Shown one piece after another: positions 29,640 through 43,830 of a stretch of 64,000 bases of DNA; position 1 is the stretch's first letter; the number at the start of each line of letters is the position of its first letter. A program made the position numbers and the translations under genes. The notes beneath the pieces were generated by a model. The model did no database searches and had not been told where the DNA came from. It worked only from the letters and a program-made list of their open reading frames with translations. Source of the DNA: the human T2T-CHM13v2.0 reference genome, Homo sapiens; the NCBI RefSeq assembly GCF_009914755.1, contig NC_060941.1; one strand, given 5' to 3'.

Positions 29640-30050
29640 ATCGCTGGTCTTATATAATTTATATTCTAGCAGGTAAGAGAAACAAACTGTGTATTAGTAG
29701 AATATACAGTGCATCAGGTGGTTCTAAGGAGGAAAACAAAGCAGGGCAGAAAAATGAAGTGCTTAGAAAAAGTTTTAGTAATACGATTAAGGTAAGCACC
29801 ACTTTGAGGAAATATTCGAGCAAAATGATGACTATGGTAAATATTCATTAGGAAAAAATGGAATTTTTGTAAAATGGGAGATGATGTAGGTGAAGAATTT
29901 GACAGTTGTGGATATATTAATTTTGGGATTTCCATTAAATAGTTAATTGGAGATGTTAAGTAAGCATTTAAACATATAAATCTGAAACTCAGGGGAGAGT
30001 TCTGGCCTGGATATAAAATGTTGAAAATCATTGCTATATTGTTCTTTTGG
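29640..30050 (-). mobile_element. L2 fragment
   Basis: 'ggagatgttaagtaagcatttaaacatataaatctgaaactcaggggagagttctggcctggatataaa', an L2-typical motif. Confidence 0.6.
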
Positions 30051-30530
30051 GCATGTTCAGCTGCATGGGTGCTGGCAAGGATTAGACACACAGACAGTTG
30101 CATTTAACCAAGGTTGTAATTTTGGCAGTAGAGCTGAATAAAGCAAGGGAAAGACAAATGAATTGAAGTTGCATAAGCTCTAGAAATTTCAAGTTGATAA
30201 TTAACTTCAATTTGTTTGAGGAAGATAGATGGGAAGCGAAGGGTTATGGATAGTAAAAAGTTGATAGAAACAGTAGATCATTGTTTCTGTTGAAGCTCAC
30301 ACTTTGTTTCTAGATATATTGTTTTATGGCCAAATGGAGATACTAGCATAAAAAATAGAATGGTTTTTATTAAATAACATTAAATGGAAAAGTGTATTTT
30401 GAGTTGTCACTTTATATAAAAAAGTTGAAGAGACATAAGAGTTATAGTGATTTACATCTTTATAAGGTAGTTTTAAAGAGAGATTTGGGGAATGATGAAG
30501 GTTAAATGATTAACACACAAACTAAGATTA

Positions 30531-31019
<489 letters not shown>

Positions 31020-31378
31020 TTACTGAAGCAGAAAGAAAGACCTGAGTCTATAGACCAACAGGTTGGAGCTCCAGATGACAGTGCTGAGAAAAAAAATCCC
31101 CATGGAATCACATGCTAAAGAATATGTGTTTGATTAGGAACTCCAGAGAAGGGGTAGATGCCAATAATGAAATGGAAAGAGTAACAAGGTTAGAAAAAGG
31201 AAATTAATAACTAGAGTGATCAATAACCAGAGGAAAAAACCCACAAGGTAAACCAATAAATGTAAAATAAGCCAGAAGAAATAAAATCAACTACAGTAGA
31301 TCAATTGTATAATGAAATGTAAACAGATGAATTCCCATTAAAAGACAAAGGTCAGCTTGGGTTTAAAAATACAGTGAT

Positions 31379-31608
31379 AACTGGGCAATATGGTGAGATC
31401 CCCGTCTCTCCAAAAGAAAAAAAAATACAAAAAATTAGCTGGGTGTAATGGTGCATGCCTGTAGTCCCAGCTACTGTAGAGGCTGAGGTGGGGGGATCAC
31501 CTCAAACTAGAAGGTCAATGCTGAAGCAAGCTGTGATGTTGCCACTGCACTCCAGCCAGGGCAACAGAACAAGACCCTGTCTCAATCAACACCACCACCA
31601 ACAAAAAA
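31379..31608 (+). mobile_element. AluJ, 5'-truncated
   Basis: Partial left arm, linker and right arm. Confidence 0.85.
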
Positions 31609-31812
31609 ACCCAGTGATGTATATATACAAGAAAAACACTTAAACAATGATAATGGTGGAAAATAAAAGAATGCCAAGAGATACCAGGAAAGTGCAAAAG
31701 CTAAAGTAAAATAAAGAGTGGCCATAATAATAATAGAAGGGTGAAATTTAAGGTTAAGCACTGAAATGGGATAAAGAGGGACACCATGTAATGATAGGCA
31801 CAATTCGTAATG

Positions 31813-32010
31813 AGAGAACACTCGAAATCTGCATGCTCCCAACAGCATCACAGTAAATACAAAAAGCAAAATCTAGTAAAAGATGAGATTTATAGAGAAA
31901 ATTTATAGAGAAAATTATAGAGAACACTCAAAATCTGCATGCTCCCCACAGCATCATAGTAAATACAAAAAGCAAAAACTAGTAAAAGAAGAGATTTATA
32001 GACAAAATTT
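31813..32010 (+). repeat. Tandem duplication, ~92-bp copies with 106-bp period
   Basis: agagaacactc...gagatttataga(g/c)aaaattt occurs at 31813 and 31919. Confidence 0.92.
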
Positions 32011-34914
32011 GAGTGGAAGGCTAAATCTCTGTTAGAACTACAGTAAAAGCCTCCTCCCCCAAAGGATACAAAAGAAGTGACAGTTTGAATAACCAAAAAC
32101 TTGATTTGGTATATATGGGACCTTATATCCCTTAAATAGAAAATATATATTTTTTCTATGTCTATGAAAATCTTAGAAAAATCATTTGGCCACAAAGAAA
32201 TTCATAATAAATTTTAAAAGTGGAGAGTTTACAAATTTGGAGAAAATGAATGCTTTCCTAGTAAAATATAAAGTGCCCCTAATGAACTAGATAATGAGTA
32301 GAAACTTAATTACCACTGACGAGAAAAAAATCTGCCACTGAAAAAAGCACCAGGTCCAGACGGTTTCATGAGAAGGAACTGTAGAATCCTTTAGAATTCA
32401 CCTCCGTCAACACCTTCCTCCTCTGGGAAGCACTCCTGGATTTCCCTCTTGCTGACAAGATCCTGGGAGAGTGGCTTCTCCATCATGTCCCTGACACAGC
32501 TTCTTGAAGATGTACCATATCATATCATAACCATATGATATCATATCTGCATACCACATCCTAACTGGATTTGATGGCCAATATGTCCTGGAAAATAAGC
32601 TACCTGAGTGTAGGAATCACACTTTTTTATTGGTTTCTAGTGCCTGGTACAGTACAGCAGCTGACACTGGCTGACTAGGTGAATACGGTAAGTGAAAAAG
32701 CAGAATGCACAATCATCAGTACTCTGCGATGCCCTTATGGGAACTCCCCAAGACACACACATAGGAAGGAGAATAAATGAAAAGAAACCAAAATGCTAAC
32801 AGTAATCAGATTGAGATTTCCCCCATTATCCAAATATTTATGATGTAGTTAAACAATTTTTATAGGGTGAATAGTAATTTATACAACCACCTGGGCCAAG
32901 GAGTAGAAGAGGAGGAGGAAGGCTCAGAGGATCTTCAGGCAGGCCCTTCTGCTACCTCGGCTTCCTTTCTCCGGCCAGGTGGTCCAGCCGCCAGGCAGAC
33001 ATGAAGGCCCTGACAGGGGCCTCTGCCCCACCACCTTCATGCCTCATAGGGGACCTCTAGCTAGGAGGAAGGTGATGAGACAGGGTAGGCACCCACCAGG
33101 AGCCTAAGCTGGACAGAAGGGTCCCGTGGGTCTTACCTGGCCCAGGCAGCAGCTCTGGAAATTCTATCAACACTAGATTCCTCCAAACAGAGCCTCCTAA
33201 ATTTTAGCAAGAGCTCCTATGCCCTTCAGCCCCAGGGCCTTAGTCCTGTCAGCCCCATTTCCCCCTCAATATAAACCAACAGCCACTGTCCCCTCACTCT
33301 GTGGCCCAGATCCAGCTCTGAGTCTCCCTAGCTTTCGGGCATGGAGCCCCAACTGCATTCCTGGTGATCAGCTACTCCTGGTCATGACCATGGACTTTCC
33401 TATGTCCCGGAGCCTGGCACTGACCATCCATCTAGGCTGGCATTCCATACTAATGCCCACCCCTCCCTCTACTGGACACAGTCAGCTCTAGGAAGGGGAG
33501 AGAAAATCCATCTAGAATGAGGGCAACTGCTGTGGCTGGGGAAAGATGCGACAGGGCAGATGAGCTTGTCCTGGTGCCCATCTCAGGCCCCTGCAGGCTG
33601 CAGGGAGCCAGGGACTAAGAGGTGAATAACAGGTGCAGCCTTCAGGGAGATCCCCAGAGGACCATGGGGGCTGAAGGGAAGGGAGGGGTGGATGGAGAGA
33701 GCTCTTGGTGGACAGGAATGTGAAGTGAAGATGGAGGGAGACCCAAGAACCTGCTCTCTCAGAGGTCAGACACTAGACAGGCAGCAGGGCTTCTGGGTCA
33801 GCCTGGGTCTGCAGGTGAGTCAGGGGAGGGAAAGGTTGGGCCAGGCGTAATCCAGCTGAACCACCCAGGGTGGCTTCTCCAGCTTGGGGGTGGGGGAGTT
33901 GTTGTAGGAGGGAGCACAGGCAAGGGGACTCACTGGAGTCCCCTCAACTTGGCTTCAGCTTCCTGCTGATACCAGCTTCCCTTTCCAAAGGCCCCCAGCT
34001 GGCCCCGGAGTAGAACAGATGGGTCTGTCCTGAAGTCAGTTTCTTTCTCTCAATCACAGTGACTTTGGGCTGCCCTTGGAGTTTGACCTAGGAAGTGGGT
34101 GCAGGGCCTGGATCCAGAGAGGAAGGGTCACTGGATGGATTATAGGATGGGGGAAGGGGAGGACCAGGTGGAAGTTCAGGAGGGAGGGGAGAGAGTGAGG
34201 AAACTGCTGTGGCCCTCTCCTGGTCCTTCATGGGTGAGGGCTCACTCACAGTTCCCAGAAGAGGAGGAGGAACAAGGGGTCCCAGCTCCTTCCAGTCCAG
34301 GCTGCCAGCTCAGATGTGGGGCCTCCAGAGCTGTTCGTATAAGAAGTTGCAGCAGCCAGGCTCCACTGGCCTGGGCTTTCTCCTTTTGAGGCGGGATTGA
34401 TGACTGCACCCTGAAATCCCCGAGTCAGGACTGCAGCAGTGGAGAGGAGGCTCAGAGGCCCCTTTATTCTCCGGGCTTTTGCCTGGCTTCCCTGGGATTC
34501 CTGAGTGGCCTCCTTTGAGGGAGGGGAAGAGTTGTCCCTGCTTACCTTCCCCTTGCCACCCTCTCTCTCCTTCAAGAGGGCTTGCTTTCTGCCCTCTCCT
34601 AGGGAGCCAGGAAACAGGAGACATCCCTCTCCTGGGACATCAAATTCTCCAACTACACCCTCAGCTGCAGATGGCAAGGTCACGATTTGGAATTCATGTC
34701 TCCTTCCCTGCTGCCCATGCCCACAACAGGGCTGGGCACACAGAGGATGATCAGAAGAATGAGCATGTGCTTGCCTTTGGCTTGTATTCTTCTTGCCGAG
34801 TCTAACAGGGTGGTCAACCCTGATGGCCACCTGGCTGAAACTGAACGTGGTGGCCTGGGTGGGTTTTATGGGCAGGAGACCTGGAACTGTCCTAGACACA
34901 GCCATTTCCTGGCA

Positions 34915-37440
34915 GCATGACCTTCGGCCAGTCACTAAACCTCTCTGAACATCTGTTTGTACTCAAGGCAAATGGAGGTGTCTATGTCTGCCTTCCAACT
35001 TGTTAGAAGCTTAACCCTGGGTGCAAGCCTTTGAGTAAGAGGCCACAGTACTGTTAGCCCCTTTGGGAATGTGTCTTACCATATTTTATGTCCCCTGTGT
35101 CCAACACAGTGACCAGTACATACCAAGTACTCAATATGTGAAATTAGAGTGCATGGTGAATGACAAGACTGCGCCATACATGGCAGGAGCTCCTCTCTTC
35201 TAGGGGTCTGTGGGCTTGCCCAGTAACCTGCCCTAAGCCATGAGCCGATGCCCAACAGACAGGTGTCCCCACTCTCCAATGACCCTGTGTCACTGCCACC
35301 CTCACATCGTTGCCCCCTCTGTTCTGCTCCACCTCTCCTTTCTTAAGAGATCCCTTCTCAGCAATGATCTCCTGCCCATCCACCTAAATTTGGGGATATT
35401 TCCATCTATGACCCTACACCCCCTCTATCCACACCATCTCTCTCCCCTTCTGCCTGTTGTCTACACTCTCGATCTGCATCCTCACCTTCACTCCTGACCC
35501 ACTGTCCTCTGCCTTCAGCAACACCCTTGACCAGCTGGCCTTCTGGTGGCCACATTGGATAAGTGTACTATGGCCTTTATCTAACTTGACCTTTCTGTAG
35601 CCCCCTTCTTCTGGACACTTCTTGCCCTTTGGGCCAGCACTCTTGTGCTTCTCTTCCTTGATCTGTGCCTGCTTCTTCCTCTCAGGCTTCTCTTTTCCTC
35701 CCTTTGTCTGGCATCTACCTTCAGGCAGGCCCGGTGTTTCCTCCATCCTACTCTTCCTCAATTCATCTCCCCTCAGTAAATAGCACCACTGTCTGCCCAT
35801 GAGTGCAAACTGGGAAGCTAGAACTCGGTCTGATTTCCCTTAGATGCCCCTCGACCACCAGACCCTGCCTACTCTACTTCTCAAACCTCCGGTCATTGCC
35901 ACGTGCCCATGGTACCACCAAGGACCTTAGCCATTCTTGCAGCCCTGGCCATGGAGATTTTTTTTCTCAATCTCATTCCCTTCTCTGCTAAAAGCCTTAC
36001 AATGGCCACAGGAAGGCATGCACATTCCTGGCAAGGGCCCATGAGACCATGCCCAGGTGGGCACTAGCTACTTGCAACTCCCTACTCCACTCTTGAACCC
36101 GACCCACATGTCCTCTCCTGCTGGCCTCTCATCTAAGAGGGTGAGACCCCCAGGACCATGGCTGTGTCTTAGTTCTCTCTAGATGCAAAAGCTTACCTGG
36201 GTCTTGGCAGGTGTTCAATTAGTTCATGCCTAATGATTGGGTGAACGGACCTGGAGGATCATAGTGGGGAAAGGGGATAGAGAGGGCTGGCTTTTCCTGA
36301 ACCCTCTGAGGAGATAACAGGCAGGCTTACCTTTCAGGATATTCCTTCCCAAAATGCTGCTGGAAAATATAAGATCGGGGTGGAGGTCCAACTAACTCCC
36401 AACACTGGACCTTGTTGGGGATGGAGTGTCAGGGAGGCCCACAGCTGACTCCTGAATAAAACACAGTCACAGGGACTGTGGTATTATTGTACCCATCACT
36501 TAGTGGGGGGGAGGGGAAACAGGACCAGACATGCTGAATGACTTGTGGAGGTCACACAGTAAATTAGGGACACAATTGGGGTCAGGAAGCAGCCTCTTTG
36601 GCCAATGTCCTAGTTCCTTCCTGCAAAAGTCCCTGGCCCCATCACCTGCACCCCTCCCGCACAGGCCACTGCAACCATGAACCTGCTGGGAGCCAGAGGA
36701 GAGATGGGCAGAGGCACTATCCAACAGGGACCCTGGTACTGGGATGTCTTCTCAGAAGATGCTGGGACCTGGGATGTTGGCCCTTGGGCAGACCTGCAGA
36801 GCACTGGCTCATAGGTAAAGGGCTGCCACTCCTCCACCCTCCTCAACACACACTCTGTGCACTCTGTCTGAGCCAGACCCTGGGCCAGAAGTGAGGTTCA
36901 AAGGGCATGGCCATTTCCCAACCTCCAGGGGCACCTTTCAGAGGGGCAGACACTCCCACCATCACCAGGACAGAGAATGTGGAGAGGTCTGGAAGTTTGC
37001 CACCACGAGCCTGTGCACGAAACAGAGGGGTGCCAGGACAAGAGCACTGGCATCCAGCCACCCATCCCAGAGATGCTGCCTGGTCGACTGGCAGGGGCTC
37101 CAGACAGGGACCCTCCTAGTCCCCATGCCCTCCTGCCAGGTGCTGTTTTCCAGCCTGGTCACAAGGTGACGGGCTGCCTCTGCAGGAGCCTGAGGGAAGG
37201 TGGCACAGACCTGGAGGGAAGCAGACCGAGGCCTACCCAGACAGTCTGGGTGGACCATCTGCTGCTGCCAAGCACTTCCAAGCCTCTCCTTGCATAAGGC
37301 TCACAGCAACCCTAATTGTGTATTGTGCTTACACATAGGGACGTTGGGCCTAGAGGAATTAAGTGGCTGTCAGCAGCTGGCAGGTGACCCAGCGGAGTCA
37401 AATTCAAGTTTTCCTAGTCTCAAAACCTGAACTCTGCATT
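34915..37440. mobile_element. Scattered MIR and L2 fragments (approx. 34915-35000, 35080-35165, 35450-36250, 36470-36600, 37290-37440)
   Basis: Degenerate motifs such as 'cactaaacctctctgaac', 'tgacttgtggaggtcacacagtaaatt' and 'aagtactcaatatgtgaa'. Confidence 0.5.
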
Positions 37441-38192
37441 ATAATGAGAAGGGTGGATGGAAGACCCATTAGCAGGCTCAGGGGAATGGTGCCTCCTTCC
37501 TCTGGGCATCCGGGACTCAGTCCTGGCACATGGCAGGCATCAATGTTCATTGTAATGACATCAAATACAAAGAAAGAAATCAAAGGCACCCAAGGTTCGG
37601 AGGTAGTCTGTCCACCCCACTCCCTTTGGGCTAAAGAACAAGCCAAGGCCTTGAGAAAGGGAGTGAAAGCCAGGAAAACAGAAAGCCATCTACTCTATAT
37701 ATTTAAGTCTATTCAACACATGCATAAATAATGGAATTAATAATATAAAATATAAATGACTGCAAATAAGTTGACAAATTGTTGAATGTTATTTGCTAGA
37801 ACATGAAAGTTAAATAATAAAAGTTGGGGAATACCAAAATATCATGTGCTTTTTTATCTGCCTAGGGAGACTGATTACTTAATCCACTTCTTTTTAAAGC
37901 TTTATGAGCACTCATATATATTTTAACTTTCCGAATGAAAAGATAATATTCATACGATGAATGTGAGGGTTTCCTGTTGATCTTCCTATTGTCTTTTAAC
38001 AACAAAACAATCTTTCAAACATAACAATATAAAACAAAAATTATTTGAGTATCTAGCAGACTTCTCTTGGAGAAAGAAATACACTGAGACCCAATTTGCT
38101 GCAGAGAGTGAGATTCCAAAGCATATTTCAGAAGAAAGAAGAGAAATTAACTGAAAGAAAACCTTAATTTCCTTGCATAAGAAATAAATGCA

Positions 38193-41100
38193 GAAGTTCC
38201 ACCTCTAGAATGGCAATGTGAAGAGTTCCATGGATCTTTTATAAAATTGTTGAAAATTATAAAACAACCATCACCTATGTCACTTGAAAAGTCATAATGG
38301 TACATAGAAAATGATGAAGTATTTATTCAAGAAAATCTACTGAAACTCACTAAGAACAGTGAGAGTTTTTTGCGTTTGATCCACAACCCATTCTTACCTC
38401 TTTTTCTCACAGCCTATCTTGATACAAACTCTACTCAAGGCAATGTAGCCAAGAACACAGGATTTTTACTAGACCCCATTGGGGGGCTATAGTATCTTTC
38501 TGGGAGTAGCAGTGCATCAGAATTTTTCATTTCAACCCCCACCTGCTGCCACTACCTTTTCTTGAGGTTAAGCTTTTGTTGAATGTGGCCAAGAAGTAGG
38601 ATGTCACTTCTTCCTACCAGCTCTAATTCATGGAATGAGGACTGTTTAGGTGCAACACACTGAGAACACTGAGCCCTGATTGCCTTCTTTCTGGTTTGTC
38701 TGTAAGGCAAAGTTCTCATTCCAGGAGTGGCAAAGCTGAGATTACCAAAGGCTACTTCTCATCCCAGTGACCCAGTCTCAAAGTAGGGCTGTCACTCTGA
38801 GAGGAGAATGCTGCTCTCTTTGCTGCAATCACCAGAGCCAAAGCTCAGAAGTTTTGCCCAAAGGAAGGGGCAGAACATACAGCAGAGAGTGTAAAGCTTT
38901 TCCCAAAAGAAGAGTTTGGGGAAATTCAACCATAAGGGTACTTTGAAAAACGATGAAGTGATGGTAAAAAGCAAATAAGAGAGACTGGCACTTTATTAGA
39001 GACATATGCTTTGAAACAAAGGTCAGCTAGTTTACCAGGAATAACCCAGGAAAAAGACAGCTAAGAAGAGCCCTTCTGGTGTCAGGAAGAAGTTCCAAAT
39101 GCTGAACAAATGAAAAGACCTGAAATAATAAATAAGACTGCTAATATAACAAAAGCCGTAAATACATAGTACATTTCTTTTTATCTTTTTAAGACATAAA
39201 ATTATGTCAAGTGTGTTAGTCTGTTCATGCTGATACATATATATACCAGAGACTGAGAAATTTGTAAAGAAATTTATTTCTCATAGTTCTGCAGGCTGGA
39301 ATTTTAAGATCAATTTGCTGGCAGTTTTGGTGTCTGCTGAGGTGCCTTGAATACTCCATCCTCCAGAGGGGGTGCATGCTGTATTTTCATACAGTGAAAA
39401 GGATGAAAAGGCAAAGGGTCCTAATGTCCTAATTCCCTCCAGCCCTTCTATACACTATGGATGGTATAACACACTCATACCATCCATAAGGACAGAGCCC
39501 TAATACCCTAATCATATCCTCAAGGTTCCAGCTCTTAATGCTGTCACATTAAAATTAAGTTTCAACATGAACTTTGGAGAGGACAAAACAACAAAACATA
39601 TCATCAAGTAACAGTTATAACAATAAATTATTGGGTATATAGCATATATAGATGTAATGTGTACAGCCATAATAGCACAAAAAGGACAGCCAAAGTACAC
39701 AACAGTGAACAAAAGTAAAATTTATATATACATATATGCCACTAGAATTGTTATGCACCTAAAATCGATTGTGATAAGATGTCTGCAGTAAACCCTAAAG
39801 TAACAATTAGGGGAAACATTGAAAAAATATAGATAAAATATTATTAAATTTAAATTAAATGTTTTATAAAAAATACCTAATTCAAAAGAAAGCAGTAAAG
39901 GAGGAATAGAGGAATGAAAAGACATAAGGTATACAGAAAACTGAAGTAAAATGATGGATGTAAATCTATACTAGTAACCTCAAGTGAAAATGAATTTAAA
40001 TATTCAAATAAAAGATTGTCAGACTGGAGGAAAAACAAATTAAATAAACAAGATCCATCTACATGTTGTCTGCAGAAGACACACTTCAGATCCAAAGATG
40101 AAAATTCATAGAAAAAAAAGGATAGAAAAGTTATATGATGCAGGCAGTAACCACAAGAAAGCTGGAATTGTTACATTAATATCAGAAAAAAACAGTCTTT
40201 AAAACAAAAGGGGTTACAGAGGTAAAGAGAGATATTTCATAAAAATAAAAGGGCCAATATCTCAAAAATAAATAATTACGAGCATACATATGTGTGATGA
40301 AAAGACTTCAAAATCCATTGACATAGAAACCTCCAAAAATGAAGGTTAGACAATTTAACATACTTCTTGCAGCCTTTAATACTTTCACAAATGGATAAAA
40401 TGACTAGGCAAAAGATCAACAAAGAAATAGAACACTTGAACAATGCTATAAAATAACTAGAGTGATTAGACATTTAACACTGTAACAACAGTAGATTCGC
40501 AAGTGCACACGCAACATTATCCAGGAATACCGTATCCCAGGCCATAAAATAGACCTCAATGAATTTAAACATTGGAATCATACAAAGTATATTTTCAGAC
40601 AACAATTGAGTAAAATAATAAATCAGCAATAGGAAAATTTGGGAAACTCAGAATTATGTGGCAATTAAACAACATGCTATTAAATAACCAATGGGTCCAA
40701 AAAGAAATAAGATAAATTAGAAAATACTTTAAAAATTAAAGATAAAATACTTTAAGAATGCATAATATCTCTTATGTCATGCAATAAAAGTAGTTCTCAT
40801 ACTCAAAAATAACATTCTCTAACCTGCCACCATAAGGCACTGAAAAAAGAAGAGCAAATTAAAACTACAGCAACCACAAGGAAGTATTAGGGATATACAA
40901 ATTAGTGAAATACAAAATAGAAAAACAATTGAGAACCTCAACAAAGCCAAAAATTGTTTCTTTGAACACATCAACAGTGGCCACAATTTAGATAGACCGA
41001 CCAACAAGAAAGAGAAACTATTCAAGTATTAATGAAATTTTTAAAAGGACACTAAACTTAAATAAAAAATTATTATAAAAGTACCTATGAACAATTATAT

Positions 41101-41560
41101 CTAAAATTTAGAAATTTTTAAAGAACTGGACAAATTCTAAGAAAGGTTCAAATTAGCAAAAATGAGTCAAGGAGAAATATAAAATCTTATCAAGTAAAGA
41201 GATAAAGTTAGTAATCAAAACTACCACCTCAGGAAACAATGACAACAGCAACAAATTCGAGCCAAGAATGCCTCTACCAAACTTTCAAAGTTGAATTAAT
41301 ACAATTATTTAAAAACTCTTGCAAAAAAAAAAGAGAATACACTTCCCAGTTTATTCTATGAAGCTGGTATTACCCTAGTAACAAAACCAGACAATAGCAT
41401 CAAAAAAAAAAAAAAACAAAACAAAAACACAGAACAATATCTTCAACAAAAATAGATGGAAAAAATCCTCAGCAAAATGCTAATGATCAAAATTCAGCAA
41501 TACATAAAACATATACTATAATCAGGCAGGACTTATCTCAGGAAGGCAAGAAAAATGTAA
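38193..41560 (+). mobile_element. Old L1M (5' UTR-like piece plus ORF2 endonuclease region), interrupted by a MaLR LTR
   Basis: 'acaagatccatctacatgttgtctgcagaagacacacttcaga', 'aaagatcaacaaagaaatagaacacttgaac' and 'ttattctatgaagctggtattaccctagtaacaaaaccagac'. Confidence 0.8.
39212..39603 (-). mobile_element. MaLR LTR (MLT1A/MST-like)
   Basis: 'tgttagtctgttc...gaaatttatttctcatagttctgcaggctggaa...aagtttcaacatgaactttggagaggaca'. Confidence 0.8.
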
Positions 41561-43340
41561 AATAAATGCATCATTACATTAACTAGAGTCAATTATATTT
41601 TCATTTTCCCTATTGATTACCTCCTAAGTTGCTTCCAGTTTTACAGTATTTCGTACTGCCATTCCTAGACTCATATCTGGACTGTTTCACAGTATCTACT
41701 TTAGAGAATATAGAGGGATAATCTTGGAAATAGAGAAACAATATTGTTCATTGATTTTAAAATCATATATATATACATACACACAAATAGTCAAAAAGTC
41801 ATTTTAGCCAAAATGAATTCCATGTCAATGAAAATGAAATAACGAAATGATACCATCAATCAAAAAGAGATGAGAAAATGGAGGAAATGAATATTGGAAA
41901 ATAGAGTCACTGCCTTAATTGTTGGATTTCTAGTGAAGCAGGTAAACAAATTAAATTCTCTTCTGTAGAGTTATCCTATCTAGGGCCACATGTCTTTAAC
42001 CTGGCACCAACAAAGTACTAAAACCATATAACAAAACATTCTTTTATTAATTCCTTATTCATCAAATGATTTTCTGGTATACATTTGGGTCCTCATGTAA
42101 CTATCTAGAAAGAACACTTTTGTTAATTTAAAAGGAATATTTCAGTTCCTACAGCATTTCTTTACATTAACTGGTTTAAACACCAATCTGTGTTTGTTAG
42201 TATACCCCTAACAAAAACTGGATTAATAATCAGGTATCTGGGCAGGAAATGCTGTGCCTCGGGGTCTACTAGCAGCGAGTGAGTAAGGAAATGGTTCTTT
42301 GTGTCTTTCTGTAGTAAGGCATTCATAGCTTCTGTTTTACAAAGCATAATTATAGCTACCAATATTTTGGAGCCATAGATCTTCAGTAAAAGGCTATATT
42401 TGTGTGCAGAACATTTGATATAAAAAGTTAAGGCTTCCAGTCTTATTTTGTTATAACTTTTCTAATTATATGGTATTGTATTTTCAGATGAGTACACACA
42501 ATGAAAACAATTAAAAAAACAAAATTACCATTCAGTTTGCCTTCTTTCCATCAAATTGGTCTCATGTCATATAAACATAGTTTATTTTAGAGATGCAGTG
42601 TTCCTTTCTATTCATAGCATCATCACTCAAGATGGTAATTATTATGGTGAACACTTGGGTCATTACACTGGATTATCCTTTAACAGATTGCTATGAAATT
42701 GGATCTTATCCTTAAGCTCCAATGTCTGTATGGCCCTGATAATGTTGAAAATGCAGTCCTCATTGTACCTAACCTTAGGAAATGAATAAATGGCTATTTG
42801 GAGTCCTGGCTCCCTTTGTGCTTTTATATTCCTGAGAGCGTAGTTTTATAATACTTCACAGAATAAGACTAATTGTGAAATATTTGGATGTAAGTTGATT
42901 TGGATGTCCCTGATTACACAACATCTGCATGTAAGACAACACACTATTTTCAATTATGATTTTGTCAAGTTCTCAAAATACAGGATTGACTTTTAACAGA
43001 AACTGTTTCTGTGTGCTGGCATAATACCATTTGTGCTATTTTCTTATATTTATTCTGTATATTAAAAAGGGATATTAATTAACTGAAAGGGTTTTTGTGC
43101 TTACTTTAGACAATAAAGAAATTATGAAAGTTTACTCATAAATATGGTGGACAGTCATTTCATAACAAAGTATGACCTAAATGTCTCCCCAAGGGTAAAG
43201 ATCATTCAAGCAAAACTATCTCCTGTATCAGTATTTATTCACCTAAATAGACTGTTTTGGTTAAAATTTTAATGAAAAGTCATGCTTATATTACTATATA
43301 ATTTTGTATATGCATGGATATTTATCTGTTCAAAGTAGAG

Positions 43341-43830
43341 ATGTAGTTGACATGAAGGGATGTCTGCCTAGTTCACAAAAGTATGACCACGAAAATATCA
43401 TTTCTATGATACTCCCTCATTAGGGAGCTATCCCTTTCTCACTCCAGCCTTCAAACTGTAATGTCAGAGATCATAGTATCTACTTCCCTGTGCAGTACTT
43501 TTTGATCCAAGTAATAGATCCATGATCTGAGAATAGTCAAAGTGCATCTCAGATTTTTCAAGAGTTGGAGAGTGTGAAGGTTTCACTTCTGATGGTATAT
43601 GTTGTAAGAATGAGTCTGTATCTGTCAGTGCCAAATTAAGTAAGATGGAATAAGAATAAAAGCTGATGCTCAGAGAAAGGGGAATGAGTTAGAGGTAGTA
43701 TTGACTATTTAAAATGTGTCCTGAGGTCAGACCCACAAATGCATTTTGCTATTTTATTTCAATACTGATAAAACCTTCTTTTCATGGTTATAGTTAGTTC
43801 AAATTAGTTTTTTTCAATTTCAATTGAAAT
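43341..43830 (+). mobile_element. Possible ancient ERVL/MaLR LTR
   Basis: TG start and a 3' end resembling LTR16/LTR33/MLT1 ('ataaaaccttcttttc...agttagttcaaattagttt'); very degenerate. Confidence 0.35.

Larger units (their letters stand above)
31200..32375 (+). mobile_element. Old L1M ORF2 (endonuclease region) fragments
   Basis: 'aaatgtaaacagatgaattcccattaaaagacaaag' and 'aaaagcaccaggtccagacggtttca'. Confidence 0.7.

Noticed and set aside
42590-42770. Minus-strand 'RYNED...LELKD' resemblance to proteasome subunit PSMA2
   Set aside because: Only a few residues match, spacing is wrong and stops follow; likely chance.
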